Positions 45,543 to 55,111 of a DNA stretch of 64,000 nt are shown one piece after another. Origin of the DNA: a virus; IMG/VR virus record IMGVR_UViG_3300017987_000006, positions 96,001 to 160,000 of that record. One strand, written 5' to 3'. How positions within the stretch are numbered: position 1 is the stretch's first letter; every line of letters begins with the position of its first letter. A model generated the notes under the pieces. The model searched no databases and was not told the origin of the DNA. It worked only from the letters and a program-made list of their open reading frames with translations. The translations under genes were made by a program, and so were the position numbers.

Positions 45543-46414
45543 TTGAAGAGTACCGTAGCCCCAGCGAGTTCTTCATCCGCTTCTTGTTCTCGGCACAAGA
45601 AGATCCGGACGTGGATGAAGTGCGGGCCAAGTTGATCAACTTGGGTCTGGACTGTGTCGATATATCCTACCTCGAGTCTCTGTCACAGACGATGGAGCCC
45701 AGGCCCGACGATTATCAGCCGGACAATCCACGCCACCGACCGACCAGGGAGTATTTGAAGAAGCATAAGATCTACGACATGTGGAATCCAACGCCGGCCG
45801 TCAAGGAGGCTCAGCTCATCCTCCTCGACGTTTTTTTACGTGAGAAGCTCGAGCCGATGCTTCTGTCCAGCATGCCTCATCACCAGATAGCCAACCGGTT
45901 GCGGAAGTACACCGCCATTGCATTGTCCGAACAGGGTGTCCTGGCCTACGCACACTACTTTTGGAACCGCTCATTGATGCCGCAGTCTCTTTGGGTTGAC
46001 TACCTAAAGCGCCGCTTTGGGAACTCCTACGTTCAAGGCGTGCAGACCCCCCGCGACTTGGCCTCAAAACACATGCCGTGGGTGGTGAACATCTCTGGTC
46101 CGTATGGTACGTTCAACACGGCCGAAGCATCGGCCAGGATCGGACAGATCGCATTCAAGCACGCCCTGGAGCTGGAGCACGAGAAGGCCACGGTCGAGAC
46201 GACGATGGCGCTCAAAAACTGTATGATCACTATCGAGAAAGCAGACGTAATCATGCGCCGCAGCGAGGTTGCACTGCGCGACGTGTTGCGGCAGTTCCAG
46301 CGGTTCCGTGTGAAGCTGGCTGACGCGAAGATCGTACCCATTCAACAGCTGACGGATGGGAACTACAGTAAGTCCGGAGAGGGTACGGACACGGACAACG
46401 AGGAAGACTTCTGA
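45539..46414 (+). CDS. Hypothetical protein (possible terminase small subunit)
   Basis: Helical protein upstream of TerL; function inferred from position only. Confidence 0.5.
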   Translation: MIEEYRSPSEFFIRFLFSAQEDPDVDEVRAKLINLGLDCVDISYLESLSQTMEPRPDDYQPDNPRHRPTREYLKKHKIYDMWNPTPAVKEAQLILLDVFLREKLEPMLLSSMPHHQIANRLRKYTAIALSEQGVLAYAHYFWNRSLMPQSLWVDYLKRRFGNSYVQGVQTPRDLASKHMPWVVNISGPYGTFNTAEASARIGQIAFKHALELEHEKATVETTMALKNCMITIEKADVIMRRSEVALRDVLRQFQRFRVKLADAKIVPIQQLTDGNYSKSGEGTDTDNEEDF

Positions 46415-46427
46415 TCAGGAGGCTAAG

Positions 46428-46940
46428 GTGAATGATCTACCGAGACCAGCTTTCAGTACTGTGGCTGAAATCGACAACGGCATTGACGTAGTAGGCAACG
46501 CTTCGGATACCACGGTGGAGAACGTGGAAAAGGCGGTCCCCGCGTGGACGCTCGTGTCTGACAGCAACATCGCCTGCGTCCGGTACCTCAAGTCGGGGGA
46601 CGATTTGATCTACTGCATCTTTCGTGGAGCCGAGGTTCCTGAACGCTTCTGGGGAACGGGGGAGTTCGGGCTGTGCGTGTTGAGCGCCGTAGAAAGTAGT
46701 TGGCCGTACGACGACCCGAAGGTCGAGTTCATCCCGGCGCTATTTCGAGAAGAGGGCGTGGCTGACGATCCCCGCAGCGGTCCAGCGAAATATCCGGACT
46801 ACTTCTACGGCGGGTACAGAGTGGAGGTGAAGAACGCGTTGAAGAAGCCGGTGTTGACGGAGGAGAAGATCGAGAAGCTGTCAGTCCGACTGGAGGAGGC
46901 AGCAGACGCCGCCATAGCTAAATGGTCGAACGGGAGCTAA
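46428..46940 (+). CDS. Hypothetical protein
   Basis: GTG start at 46428 with RBS AGGAGG. Confidence 0.6.
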   Translation: MNDLPRPAFSTVAEIDNGIDVVGNASDTTVENVEKAVPAWTLVSDSNIACVRYLKSGDDLIYCIFRGAEVPERFWGTGEFGLCVLSAVESSWPYDDPKVEFIPALFREEGVADDPRSGPAKYPDYFYGGYRVEVKNALKKPVLTEEKIEKLSVRLEEAADAAIAKWSNGS

Positions 46941-46941
46941 A

Positions 46942-47285
46942 GGGGGGTGCGGCCCGCAGGCCGCCCACCATTGATCGACAAAGACGCACCGAGGCACAAC
47001 ATCCGCCTCGAATGGATGCGCGCTTTGCATCCTTCAGTGCGTCCTTGCCGAGCAGGCATGTAGGCACTAAGTTGATCCAGCAAGGAGAAAACACCGTTGG
47101 TGTAAAACGCTCGGACGCGTTGGTACAGTCGTCCGTAGGACCGGTGCCCAATGAGCGAGGCGAACGACTCGGATGATGAACGTCGCTCGAACTTCAACTA
47201 GAGACGAACGTCTCGCTACGGCTGGTGAGGCCGCCTCCCTCTGTAGGGCCGGCAGGGAGGTGGAAACGCTAAGCGTGTTTCCATC
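46942..47285 (-). ncRNA. Candidate structured non-coding RNA 2 (unknown family)
   Basis: Intergenic; eight or more perfect 5-7 bp stems including a 3-way junction; ATAAG motif upstream; 3' cUGCGg hairpin. Confidence 0.45.
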
Positions 47286-47289
47286 AAAG

Positions 47290-47303
47290 ACCTTATACCG
47301 AAC
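47290..47303 (-). promoter_or_regulatory. ATAAG-type putative phage promoter
   Basis: CCTTATACCGA on the plus strand, identical to 25811-25821. Confidence 0.5.
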
Positions 47304-47315
47304 AATGGACCATTA

Positions 47316-49196
47316 TTGATGCTTGTCGACCTTGCCAAAAAACGCCGTATCGAGGCCAACAGGATCGTCCCTGTGTCTTATGTGGCCCAGGTCGGGGCCG
47401 ATGGTAAGACCTACTCTGAGCCGTACCTCGATTACGCTGACGGCCCAGATGGAGAATACGGGGCCGGGGAAGAGGAGTACTACGACTTCGATGATGAGCC
47501 TCGTGACCCAACCGCAGAGGAGTTCGCGGCAGGTAACTTTATCTACAATGTGTCCCCGTCCGAGTTCACAGAGACGGCAATCAAGATCGCTACCAGCGGC
47601 AAGGCGTCTAACTTCTCCTTCACCGAGCGCCCCTACCTGGCCCGCATCTACAACACTAACTCCCCGAGAACATTACTAAAATTCGCGCGACAGACTGAAA
47701 AGAGCACGACGCTCGGCAACAAAATGATCTGCTACGCCTGTTTGATCAACCACTTTCGGGCGCTCTATGTAGCGCCGTCGGCGGAGCAGGCCAAGACGTT
47801 TTCCAATGACCGTATCGCAGATGTGATCAATCTGTCTCCGTTAGTCAAGGCGTACACCAACACATATCTGACCAACGCAGTCTTCCAGAAGAAGTTCATC
47901 AACTACTCCAACATCCGACTCCGTTACGCCTACTTAACGGCCGACCGTGTGAGAGGAATCCCTGCGGACAAGATCGATATTGACGAGCTGCAGGACATCC
48001 TGGTCGACAACATTCCCGTCATCGAGGAGTGTGCATCGCACTCGGAGTGGAAGATCTTCACCTATTCCGGGACGCCCAAGTCGCTTGACAACACCATCGA
48101 GCACTACTGGTCAAACTTCTCCACGCAGAACGAGTGGGTCGTTCCCTGTGATCGTCACGGTACGCCAAATAATCCTTCGTCGTGGCACTGGAATATTTTA
48201 GACGAGGACAACATCGGCAAGGATGGACTCGTCTGCGACAGGTGCCACGAGCCCATCGACCCGAACCATCCGATGGCGCAGTGGGCCGCCATGCAGCCGA
48301 TGACGGACGCCAACAAGGACAAGGTTACCTACGAGGGGTACCGCATTCCTCAGATCATGGTGCCGTGGATCTTGAACAAAAAGGACGGCTGGGCAAGCGT
48401 CCTGGAGAGACAGGAGCGGTACAGCCGGCAGAAGTTCTACAACGAGGTCCTAGGTATCAGCTATGATTCAGGAACACGTCCCATTACCAAGGCACAGCTC
48501 AAAGCGTGCTGTAGGCCGGAGATTAGACCTGGAGACTACGAGCACTTCAGGTCTGTCACCGCGGGAACTGAGGTCTTCGCTGGATTGGATTGGGGTACGG
48601 GAGAGCAATCCTACACAGTGATCTCCCTTGGCGCATACATGGGAACTGGCAACTTTACGATCTTTTGGATCCATCGCTTCACCGGAAAAGACCTGGAGCC
48701 TCCGGCACAGCTAGATCGTATCTGTACGATCTTAACCCAGTTCAATGTCAAGCTGTGTGGCTGTGACTACGGCGGCGGGTTTGATCGCAACGATCACCTC
48801 ATCAGAGCCTTTGGCCCGCAGAAGGTGTTCAAGTTTCAATACAACAATAACCAAAAGAAGGGGAAGGTGTACTGGGAGGAACGCCTGCGAAGATTCGCTG
48901 TGCACCGCACAGAGGTGATGAGCGATGTATTCGGGGCGCTGGTAAGGAAGCAGATCGACCTGCCGAACTGGGATGACTTCATAGAGCCGTACGGTCAGGA
49001 CATCTTGAATATCTTCAGCGAGTACAATGAGACGACCAGGATGACCAAGTTCAACCACGCGCCGGGAACGACGGACGATTCGTTCCACTCGATCTTGTAC
49101 TGCTTCCTCGCCTCTATGATCAGATTCCCGCGCCCAGACATTATGGCCGAGATGCAGGACACAGGGGAAGACGACTATCCAAAGCGGAGGCGGTAG
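47316..49196 (+). CDS. terL: Terminase large subunit (lambda gpA-like)
   Basis: FARQTEKST, YVAPS, DIDELQD, YSGTP, Cys cluster, nuclease AGLDWG and TDDSFHS. Confidence 0.85.
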   Translation: MMLVDLAKKRRIEANRIVPVSYVAQVGADGKTYSEPYLDYADGPDGEYGAGEEEYYDFDDEPRDPTAEEFAAGNFIYNVSPSEFTETAIKIATSGKASNFSFTERPYLARIYNTNSPRTLLKFARQTEKSTTLGNKMICYACLINHFRALYVAPSAEQAKTFSNDRIADVINLSPLVKAYTNTYLTNAVFQKKFINYSNIRLRYAYLTADRVRGIPADKIDIDELQDILVDNIPVIEECASHSEWKIFTYSGTPKSLDNTIEHYWSNFSTQNEWVVPCDRHGTPNNPSSWHWNILDEDNIGKDGLVCDRCHEPIDPNHPMAQWAAMQPMTDANKDKVTYEGYRIPQIMVPWILNKKDGWASVLERQERYSRQKFYNEVLGISYDSGTRPITKAQLKACCRPEIRPGDYEHFRSVTAGTEVFAGLDWGTGEQSYTVISLGAYMGTGNFTIFWIHRFTGKDLEPPAQLDRICTILTQFNVKLCGCDYGGGFDRNDHLIRAFGPQKVFKFQYNNNQKKGKVYWEERLRRFAVHRTEVMSDVFGALVRKQIDLPNWDDFIEPYGQDILNIFSEYNETTRMTKFNHAPGTTDDSFHSILYCFLASMIRFPRPDIMAEMQDTGEDDYPKRRR

Positions 49197-49202
49197 AGCT
49201 AA

Positions 49203-49243
49203 GGGGGTTTCTACGCCCCCCAACGCCCCCGCCGAAGCGGGGG
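49203..49243. terminator. Hairpin pair between convergent genes
   Basis: CCCCCGC-CGAA-GCGGGGG at 49226-49243 (cUUCGg on the minus strand); GGGGG..CCCCC hairpin just upstream on plus. Confidence 0.5.
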
Positions 49244-49248
49244 ACGCT

Positions 49249-49623
49249 CTAGCCGAGCCACTTCTCGGCGAACCTCGTGACGAGTCTGGTGCGCTCCCAG
49301 CCCGCCATCCTGCTGATTCCTTCGAGGGCGAACGCGCCGCCTCCGGCGAAGCCGGCGACAGCCGCGATGGCCGTCAGCTTCGACTTCTTGTTCCCGCCCC
49401 ACAGGGCAGACAGGATCTCACTGAACCCCTCCGGCTGCTGGCCGACGAGGAACCAGGCCTCGATCTTCCGGTAGTCCTTCTCGGACAACTTCGCCTTGGC
49501 CTCTTTGAGGAGGGAGTTTACGGTGATCTCCTCCTCCTCCAGCCCCTTTAGCACCTCGGGGAACTCCTCGACCATCTGCTCCAGCAGCGGCTTCTGATTT
49601 TTTCGCTCTTTCCTGGTGGGCAT
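49249..49623 (-). CDS. Small protein with C-terminal hydrophobic helix
   Basis: Start MPTRK at 49623 with RBS AGGAG. Confidence 0.6.
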   Translation of the reverse strand: MPTRKERKNQKPLLEQMVEEFPEVLKGLEEEEITVNSLLKEAKAKLSEKDYRKIEAWFLVGQQPEGFSEILSALWGGNKKSKLTAIAAVAGFAGGGAFALEGISRMAGWERTRLVTRFAEKWLG

Positions 49624-49664
49624 GCCTCTTCTCCTTGTTAAAGTTTTGGGATTCCCAGACACTA

Positions 49665-49686
49665 TTCTTATCCCAGTTTTTTGATC
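49665..49686 (-). promoter_or_regulatory. ATAAG-type putative phage promoter
   Basis: Minus strand GATCAAAAAACTGGGATAAGAA, 44 nt before the start. Confidence 0.55.
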
Positions 49687-50429
49687 CGATTTGCACCAGA
49701 TGGGTGTTGGATCTCAGAGGCGATGTAGCGATCTAGGGAATCCTCGGACTCTCCGAAGGAGGCGATGTGGCGCATTCGTACTGGCCCCACCCTTGCTGCG
49801 TGATTCTCCGATAGGATGAGCGCTGCTCTGGACAGGCTCTTGCGAGCTTTCTCAAGTACGCGGTACGCCTGCTGCTGCTCTGGGTTGCCGGAGAAACCCT
49901 TGCGGCGGCGGAGGGCGGACATGAGGCCCAGGCAGAGCTCGTGGAATGGGTGCCACGGCTCGTGGTCCTGGGTGGGGCCGACCATCCTCTCCAACTCTAT
50001 CTCGCTGAGCTGCAGAAAGACGTCTGCCCAGTCCCGCATCTTATCAAGGGGGACCTGCGTTAGATCTATGTCGAGATAGTCCGCGGCCTCATCGTACAAT
50101 TCTATCAGCTCAGCTGTGCTGGAATCACGAAGCCCGGAAACATTCAAATCGGCTACGCGCATGAGGAAGTCTAGCCGGTCTTCCATGCTCTGGAGTTTGA
50201 CCTTTACTCCGTGAAGTAGATCCCACAGATCGGATAAGTTGAGCTTTTTCTGGCCCGCTTCTTTGAGAGCGCGCAGGTCTGCCTTTCTGATCCACCACTT
50301 TTTGCCGTGGCCTCTGATCTTGCGTACTCTCAAAATGCCTGCCGAGATGTAGTTCTCGACAGTCCTGGTGGTCTTGTTCAAGAACTTGGCGGAATCGACC
50401 ACAGTCAAGTACTCTTGGACACTTCCCAT
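49668..50429 (-). CDS. HTH (excisionase/MerR-like) DNA-binding regulator
   Basis: YLTVVDSAKFLNKTTRTVENYISAGIL...W; start MGSV at 50429 (RBS GGAGG). Confidence 0.7.
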   Translation of the reverse strand: MGSVQEYLTVVDSAKFLNKTTRTVENYISAGILRVRKIRGHGKKWWIRKADLRALKEAGQKKLNLSDLWDLLHGVKVKLQSMEDRLDFLMRVADLNVSGLRDSSTAELIELYDEAADYLDIDLTQVPLDKMRDWADVFLQLSEIELERMVGPTQDHEPWHPFHELCLGLMSALRRRKGFSGNPEQQQAYRVLEKARKSLSRAALILSENHAARVGPVRMRHIASFGESEDSLDRYIASEIQHPSGANRIKKLG

Positions 50430-50487
50430 CGGTTTCCTCCACATGCTACTCTCCATAAGTACCAACTGGACCGAATCGCGGCAAGAA

Positions 50488-50516
50488 TTGACCGATCTGT
50501 TTTTGGGGCGTAGTAT
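50488..50516 (+). promoter_or_regulatory. Sigma70-like promoter of the head operon
   Basis: TTGACC-17-TAGTAT. Confidence 0.6.
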
Positions 50517-50536
50517 TTGCTCCTTGAGAGGTGAAC

Positions 50537-51697
50537 ATGCCAAGCACCAGGGATGAGGGCTCGATCCCCCAGGGTATTCTCGAGCAGGCGTCAGCCAAAA
50601 GTGTTGATCCCGCTCATCTTCAGTTTCTAGGCAAGCAGGCCGCCGCGCTCTACGCCGAAAACAAGACGAAGCTGTCCGAGGCCGTCGTCAACGTCATCGG
50701 TAGAGAGGACCTCGGCCCCGAACACACACGCCGTGTGTGCGAGTTCGCCAACCAAGCCGCCTTCCAGAACGAGTGGGAAAAGGGCGGCTCCGTGCGTAAC
50801 ATCGAGTTCGAGGGCGGGGTGGCAGATCCATCCGAGGTCTTGAAAGAGATGCACGATGGGGCCAGGGACGATGCCGTCCGCGTGAGCTCGGACTACGATG
50901 CTCCGCCCCCGGCACGTGAGCGGGCGGACAGCTCGGTGGAGAATGAGATCTTCGGCAAGTACGCGCAGGCCAGCGTGCATCCATCGGAGGTCCCCTCCGG
51001 CATGCCGGACCTGTACGCTCTGCGGACGTCAATCAATGGGGCACAAGATCACATCCACTCCAAGATCTCAGGCCTCGAGGTCACCAAGGAGGCCGTGGAA
51101 CGCGACCTGGGCGATGAGGTCTGCAACGCGGTCTTGAATGGCTCCAGCCTGTACAAGATCGGCAGCGCCTGGACGAACTACACCGATCGGCCGGAGGTTT
51201 TTGAGGATGCCATGTCCGTTTCGATCTCCAGGATGGCCGAGCGCGGCGTGACCAAGAACACTCAAGAGGTCGAGAAGCTGGCCTCCCCGTCCGCTGTCGG
51301 TACGCTCCCGAACCCGAAGCACCCCGTCATCTCCCGCTTCGTGGAGTTCGTGAAGATCGCTACGGAGCTACACAAGCTCAAGGGCGCTCAGGACGTCCTC
51401 AGTGAAAAGACAGTCGAGGTGAACGAGGCAATCAAAGAGGCGGAGGGAGGAAAGGGCGGGCTACTCAAGGGACTGTATGCCGCGGGGAAGGGCGCACACA
51501 AGGCGTACTGGGGAGCGGGCAAGAAGATGTCCCAGGAGATGGCCAAGGCTGGTATCGAGAGCCCGACGGCGCACCTGTTAGCGAAGGCTGCGCCCACCGC
51601 GGGGGCAGTGGTCGCTGGGAAGGCGGCGTACGATTCTCCAACCGGTCAGCGCATCCGGTGGAAGATCCAAGATGCGGAATACCAAGATGCGGAATAG
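50537..51697 (+). CDS. Head morphogenesis protein with KxA motifs
   Basis: KYA, KLA, KIA, KEA; basic Gly/Ala-rich module after the last KEA. Confidence 0.65.
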   Translation: MPSTRDEGSIPQGILEQASAKSVDPAHLQFLGKQAAALYAENKTKLSEAVVNVIGREDLGPEHTRRVCEFANQAAFQNEWEKGGSVRNIEFEGGVADPSEVLKEMHDGARDDAVRVSSDYDAPPPARERADSSVENEIFGKYAQASVHPSEVPSGMPDLYALRTSINGAQDHIHSKISGLEVTKEAVERDLGDEVCNAVLNGSSLYKIGSAWTNYTDRPEVFEDAMSVSISRMAERGVTKNTQEVEKLASPSAVGTLPNPKHPVISRFVEFVKIATELHKLKGAQDVLSEKTVEVNEAIKEAEGGKGGLLKGLYAAGKGAHKAYWGAGKKMSQEMAKAGIESPTAHLLAKAAPTAGAVVAGKAAYDSPTGQRIRWKIQDAEYQDAE

Positions 51698-51706
51698 AGG
51701 CGAACC

Positions 51707-52303
51707 ATGGAAGACGACGTCAGGTCAGCCCTACGGGGCTTGAATGAAGAGCGGGCCAAGGTGGCCTCTACCAAGGCTGCCAGCCTGTGGCAGGGGTTCA
51801 AAGCCGCGCTCACTCCCGTGCTCAAGGACACTGCCGCTTCAGCCACAGCTGCGGCCGCCATCACGGCAGCCGGATACGGGGCGAAGAAAGGCTTCGATGC
51901 CATCCACGAGCGTGTCATGAAGCCCCGGGCGTTTCGCACCATGGTGGAAGAAAATCCGTTCCTGAAGAAGAGGAACCAAAAAGACGTTCAGCGCACGTTC
52001 AACACGCTGTACGCGCTGAATCCGAAGATGGCGAAAGACCCGCTCATCGCCGGCGGGTTTGTCGGCAAGCATACCGAGCGAACCGAAGTCGAGGACATGG
52101 GAGCCTATGTCGATCCACGCTCGGCCTCTCTTATGGCCGACATCGGTGGACGTCGCAAGGAACCTGTCTTCGAGGCGTTCACCGCCAGGGCGGTAAAGCC
52201 GCGCGAGCCGAAAGAAGGACACTACTGGTCCAAACAACCGGTCCAGCCGGCGGGACCCAAGAAGGTCTTCATGACCAGGAACGATCGACGCGGCCGAAGG
52301 TAG
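51707..52303 (+). CDS. Hypothetical head-module protein
   Basis: KVA/KAA near the N-terminus, then a basic amphipathic region. Confidence 0.6.
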   Translation: MEDDVRSALRGLNEERAKVASTKAASLWQGFKAALTPVLKDTAASATAAAAITAAGYGAKKGFDAIHERVMKPRAFRTMVEENPFLKKRNQKDVQRTFNTLYALNPKMAKDPLIAGGFVGKHTERTEVEDMGAYVDPRSASLMADIGGRRKEPVFEAFTARAVKPREPKEGHYWSKQPVQPAGPKKVFMTRNDRRGRR

Positions 52304-54175
52304 ATGAACTCGCTCCACCCATTGCTCGATAACGAGCCGGGCCTGATCAAAGTCTGTCAGTACCCGGCTATCGATGAGCACGGACAGCAGCTCGTCGAGT
52401 TCCTCCACCATCCAGACCAGCTGCACCACAGCTACATGGATAAGGTGGCGGCCCCGTTTCTTCCGGCAGTAAGGGAGTATATTGATCGGCTGAAGCCCGA
52501 TGCGAACAGCATCTACGCTCTGGTCAACGCGCTTGGCGCGTACGAGTACTGGAGTAGCAATACGAATGGCGACGCATTTGAAGAAGAGATGCTGATTCAT
52601 CGTGGACCTGTTTGGGGATACGAAACGTTTCAGATTTATGCGCGGCCATTCATGCACCACGCAAATAAGCAACCCAACGCTCGAGCCTTCGGGTCAGTGG
52701 AGCTGTCAGCGTGGAACCCCAACATGCACCGCATCGAGCTGGTCTGTCGCCTCGATCGTAAAGAAGCGGTGAAGGTAAACGCCACGCGCGTCATCGACAA
52801 GATCGATCACGGCGAGCTTCCTGAAACCAGCATGGGAACCAAAGTCCCCTACGATTTGTCATCCATAACCACAGACTGGGAGACCTACCGCAAGGCCCTG
52901 GCCACGTTTGATCCCGGCAGGCATAGGCATCCAGGCGTCGCCGCGTTGATCTATCATAAGACAGTGCGGCCGATCAGAGGTCTATCCATCACCAGGGACG
53001 ACTACGACGAGTACTGCCAGAACAGGATGAACGAGATCTTACCGGATGGCCGGAAGGTCTTCGTCTACAACCCGTTCCCGCGATTCTTCGATATCTCCTT
53101 CGTCTTTATTGGCGCGGAGAAGCAGTCGAAGATGATGGCAAAGCTGGCCTCGGCCATGGGGCGGGCAATGATCGCCGTACCAGCCAACTACACCAGCACT
53201 GAGATAGATCAACCGAGAACTCATAAGGGGTTTGAGAAGGTGGCCGGGGTCGACTTCCAGCGATCTCGCGAGCGGCTCAGAAGCCTACGTGAAAAAAAGG
53301 CTTCCCAAAAGAAGCTCGCGGAGATTATAAAGGACGTCGTGCCTTCGCAATTCATGTCCAGAGCCGTTCCGATATTGGAGGATAGAGAGCCGGACTTGTC
53401 GCGAGAGGCACTTGATCGGATGTCGGAATGTTCACTGAACGAATCCTTGTCAACGCCCACCATGATGGGAATCACGCTGAAGCCGCGGGAGTTTCAGCGT
53501 ATCGTGGTCTGCCGCCTCGGGAGGGGGGACATGGCGGACAGGCTGGACCAGGAGGGGAAGATCTTCCGGGACGTGGACGATGTGGACAAATCGATCTCGA
53601 TCGGACCGGGATTCATCAACAGGCTGTTGGCTGGCTTGTTGAAGGGATATGTGGGGGACCGGAGCGCCTTTGGTCCGCCTTTGGCGCGCCGTATGATGCG
53701 GATTACCATTGTGGGCAAGCCGGCAGCAGACGAGTCTCCAGCGGAAGAACTGGAAGACAAGTTGCTAGACAAGGTCGCGGCTGCTTATAATGGCTATCGT
53801 GAGCAGGTGATCGAGAAGATCGCCGAGATGAGCAACGAACTTGAGCGGTACCCAGACGTAAAAGCTGAGGTACTCGGAAGGGACGAGACGGACATATTCG
53901 CTGGCCGGGAAAAGCTCGCTGCCGGGATCAACCCCAAGTTGTTGGTGGGGGCGATTCCGGCCACGTACCTTCTCTCGGCGCTGGCACGCAGAAAGGTCAG
54001 AAGCTCGGCGTGGACGGGCAAAGCCCCTGGGCTCCTCACGGAGTTCTTGGGCGACCATCCACACCTTGCGGCGACCGCGGTTGGTTTGACAGCACTGAAG
54101 GCGTCCGGATCGAAGATCCCTGACAAGATACTGAAAGGAGCACTCGACCTCGGAAAGAGGTTAGCCACAGGTTGA
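52304..54175 (+). CDS. Putative prohead (capsid maturation) serine protease
   Basis: NTNGDAF, PFMHHANK...AFGSV, RIELVCRLD, IDHGELPETSMG pattern resembling HK97/herpes-type prohead protease His and Ser motifs; upstream of scaffold and capsid genes. Confidence 0.55.
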   Translation: MNSLHPLLDNEPGLIKVCQYPAIDEHGQQLVEFLHHPDQLHHSYMDKVAAPFLPAVREYIDRLKPDANSIYALVNALGAYEYWSSNTNGDAFEEEMLIHRGPVWGYETFQIYARPFMHHANKQPNARAFGSVELSAWNPNMHRIELVCRLDRKEAVKVNATRVIDKIDHGELPETSMGTKVPYDLSSITTDWETYRKALATFDPGRHRHPGVAALIYHKTVRPIRGLSITRDDYDEYCQNRMNEILPDGRKVFVYNPFPRFFDISFVFIGAEKQSKMMAKLASAMGRAMIAVPANYTSTEIDQPRTHKGFEKVAGVDFQRSRERLRSLREKKASQKKLAEIIKDVVPSQFMSRAVPILEDREPDLSREALDRMSECSLNESLSTPTMMGITLKPREFQRIVVCRLGRGDMADRLDQEGKIFRDVDDVDKSISIGPGFINRLLAGLLKGYVGDRSAFGPPLARRMMRITIVGKPAADESPAEELEDKLLDKVAAAYNGYREQVIEKIAEMSNELERYPDVKAEVLGRDETDIFAGREKLAAGINPKLLVGAIPATYLLSALARRKVRSSAWTGKAPGLLTEFLGDHPHLAATAVGLTALKASGSKIPDKILKGALDLGKRLATG

Positions 54176-54253
54176 CGTGAGAGGCTTCGTACCTTGATGA
54201 CTTCGTCGCCGTTTGGAGAAGTAACAGACATCTGATCCAACAGGAGAAAGAAA

Positions 54254-55054
54254 ATGAACGAATTCCTGGCCGAACTGTACGGCACGAACGAAATCATCAA
54301 TGACGAGCCCGATCTCGAGAAGACCGCCGCGGAGGAGTTTCTGGTGAAGCTGGCCGCGGAGGAGGGCGTGGACCTGGACGATCTGAGCGACGAGCAGATC
54401 GGCGAGCTGCTCGAGGGCATCGAGGGCGAGATGGGCAAGCAGGCTTCGGCCGAGACCGATGTCGAAGACGAGGCCCAGGAGAAGCTGGCCGAGGCCGACT
54501 TCATGGGTCGCGCGATGGCGCACGCCTACGTGAACGAGCTGGCCGAGATCGAGAAGCAGGCCGGGCTGGCCAGCCACCTGTCGAATGTCGTCAAGGAGAA
54601 GGGCGTCGGAGAAGCCATCAAGGAGCTGGGGCGCAGCCAGAAGCAAGCGCTGGTATCCGGTGCCCGCTCCGGTAAGGCCTTGGTCACCGGCAAGCTCCCA
54701 GACAAAGCCGCTAAAAGAGGCGGAAAGTATCTGGGTGTTGGCATCAAGCGCCGCAAGGATGAAGGGGTGCGGGGCATGGCACTCCGCGCTCTCGGTCGTT
54801 CGGCTCAAACGGCAGCCCCGACCTTAGCAGCCGGTACAGCAGGGATCGGCGCTGCAGGATACGGCTTGTCCAGCATGGGCAAGAACAAGAAGGCGTCCGA
54901 TGAGGACTTCGAGCAGCTCGCGCAGCAGCGCGCCTATGAGATGCTCGAAGAAGCCGGCTACGACGTCGAGAAGCAGGCTGAGGCTGACACCGCAGCGGCC
55001 ATCGATGCGCGGGCGCTCGAGATGCTCGAGGCCGCGGGTTACCCCGTCGAGTAG
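54254..55054 (+). CDS. Acidic scaffold-like protein with KxA-bounded basic insert
   Basis: EKTA, KLA, KQA repeats; tandem RAxEMLExAGYxVE repeats at the C-terminus. Confidence 0.6.
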   Translation: MNEFLAELYGTNEIINDEPDLEKTAAEEFLVKLAAEEGVDLDDLSDEQIGELLEGIEGEMGKQASAETDVEDEAQEKLAEADFMGRAMAHAYVNELAEIEKQAGLASHLSNVVKEKGVGEAIKELGRSQKQALVSGARSGKALVTGKLPDKAAKRGGKYLGVGIKRRKDEGVRGMALRALGRSAQTAAPTLAAGTAGIGAAGYGLSSMGKNKKASDEDFEQLAQQRAYEMLEEAGYDVEKQAEADTAAAIDARALEMLEAAGYPVE

Positions 55055-55069
55055 CACCTGATCGTGGGG

Positions 55070-55090
55070 GGCCTGCGGGTCCCCCGCGGT
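55070..55090 (+). terminator. GC-rich hairpin (cUGCGg loop) between head genes
   Basis: GGGGGGCC-TGCG-GGTCCCCC; no strong U-tract. Confidence 0.35.
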
Positions 55091-55111
55091 TAGTGCTCTT
55101 GGTCTTGGACT

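Noticed and set aside
47685-47710. Inactive terminase because Walker A reads RQTEKS
   Set aside because: gpA-like terminases have deviant Walker A motifs, and the other ATPase and nuclease motifs are intact.
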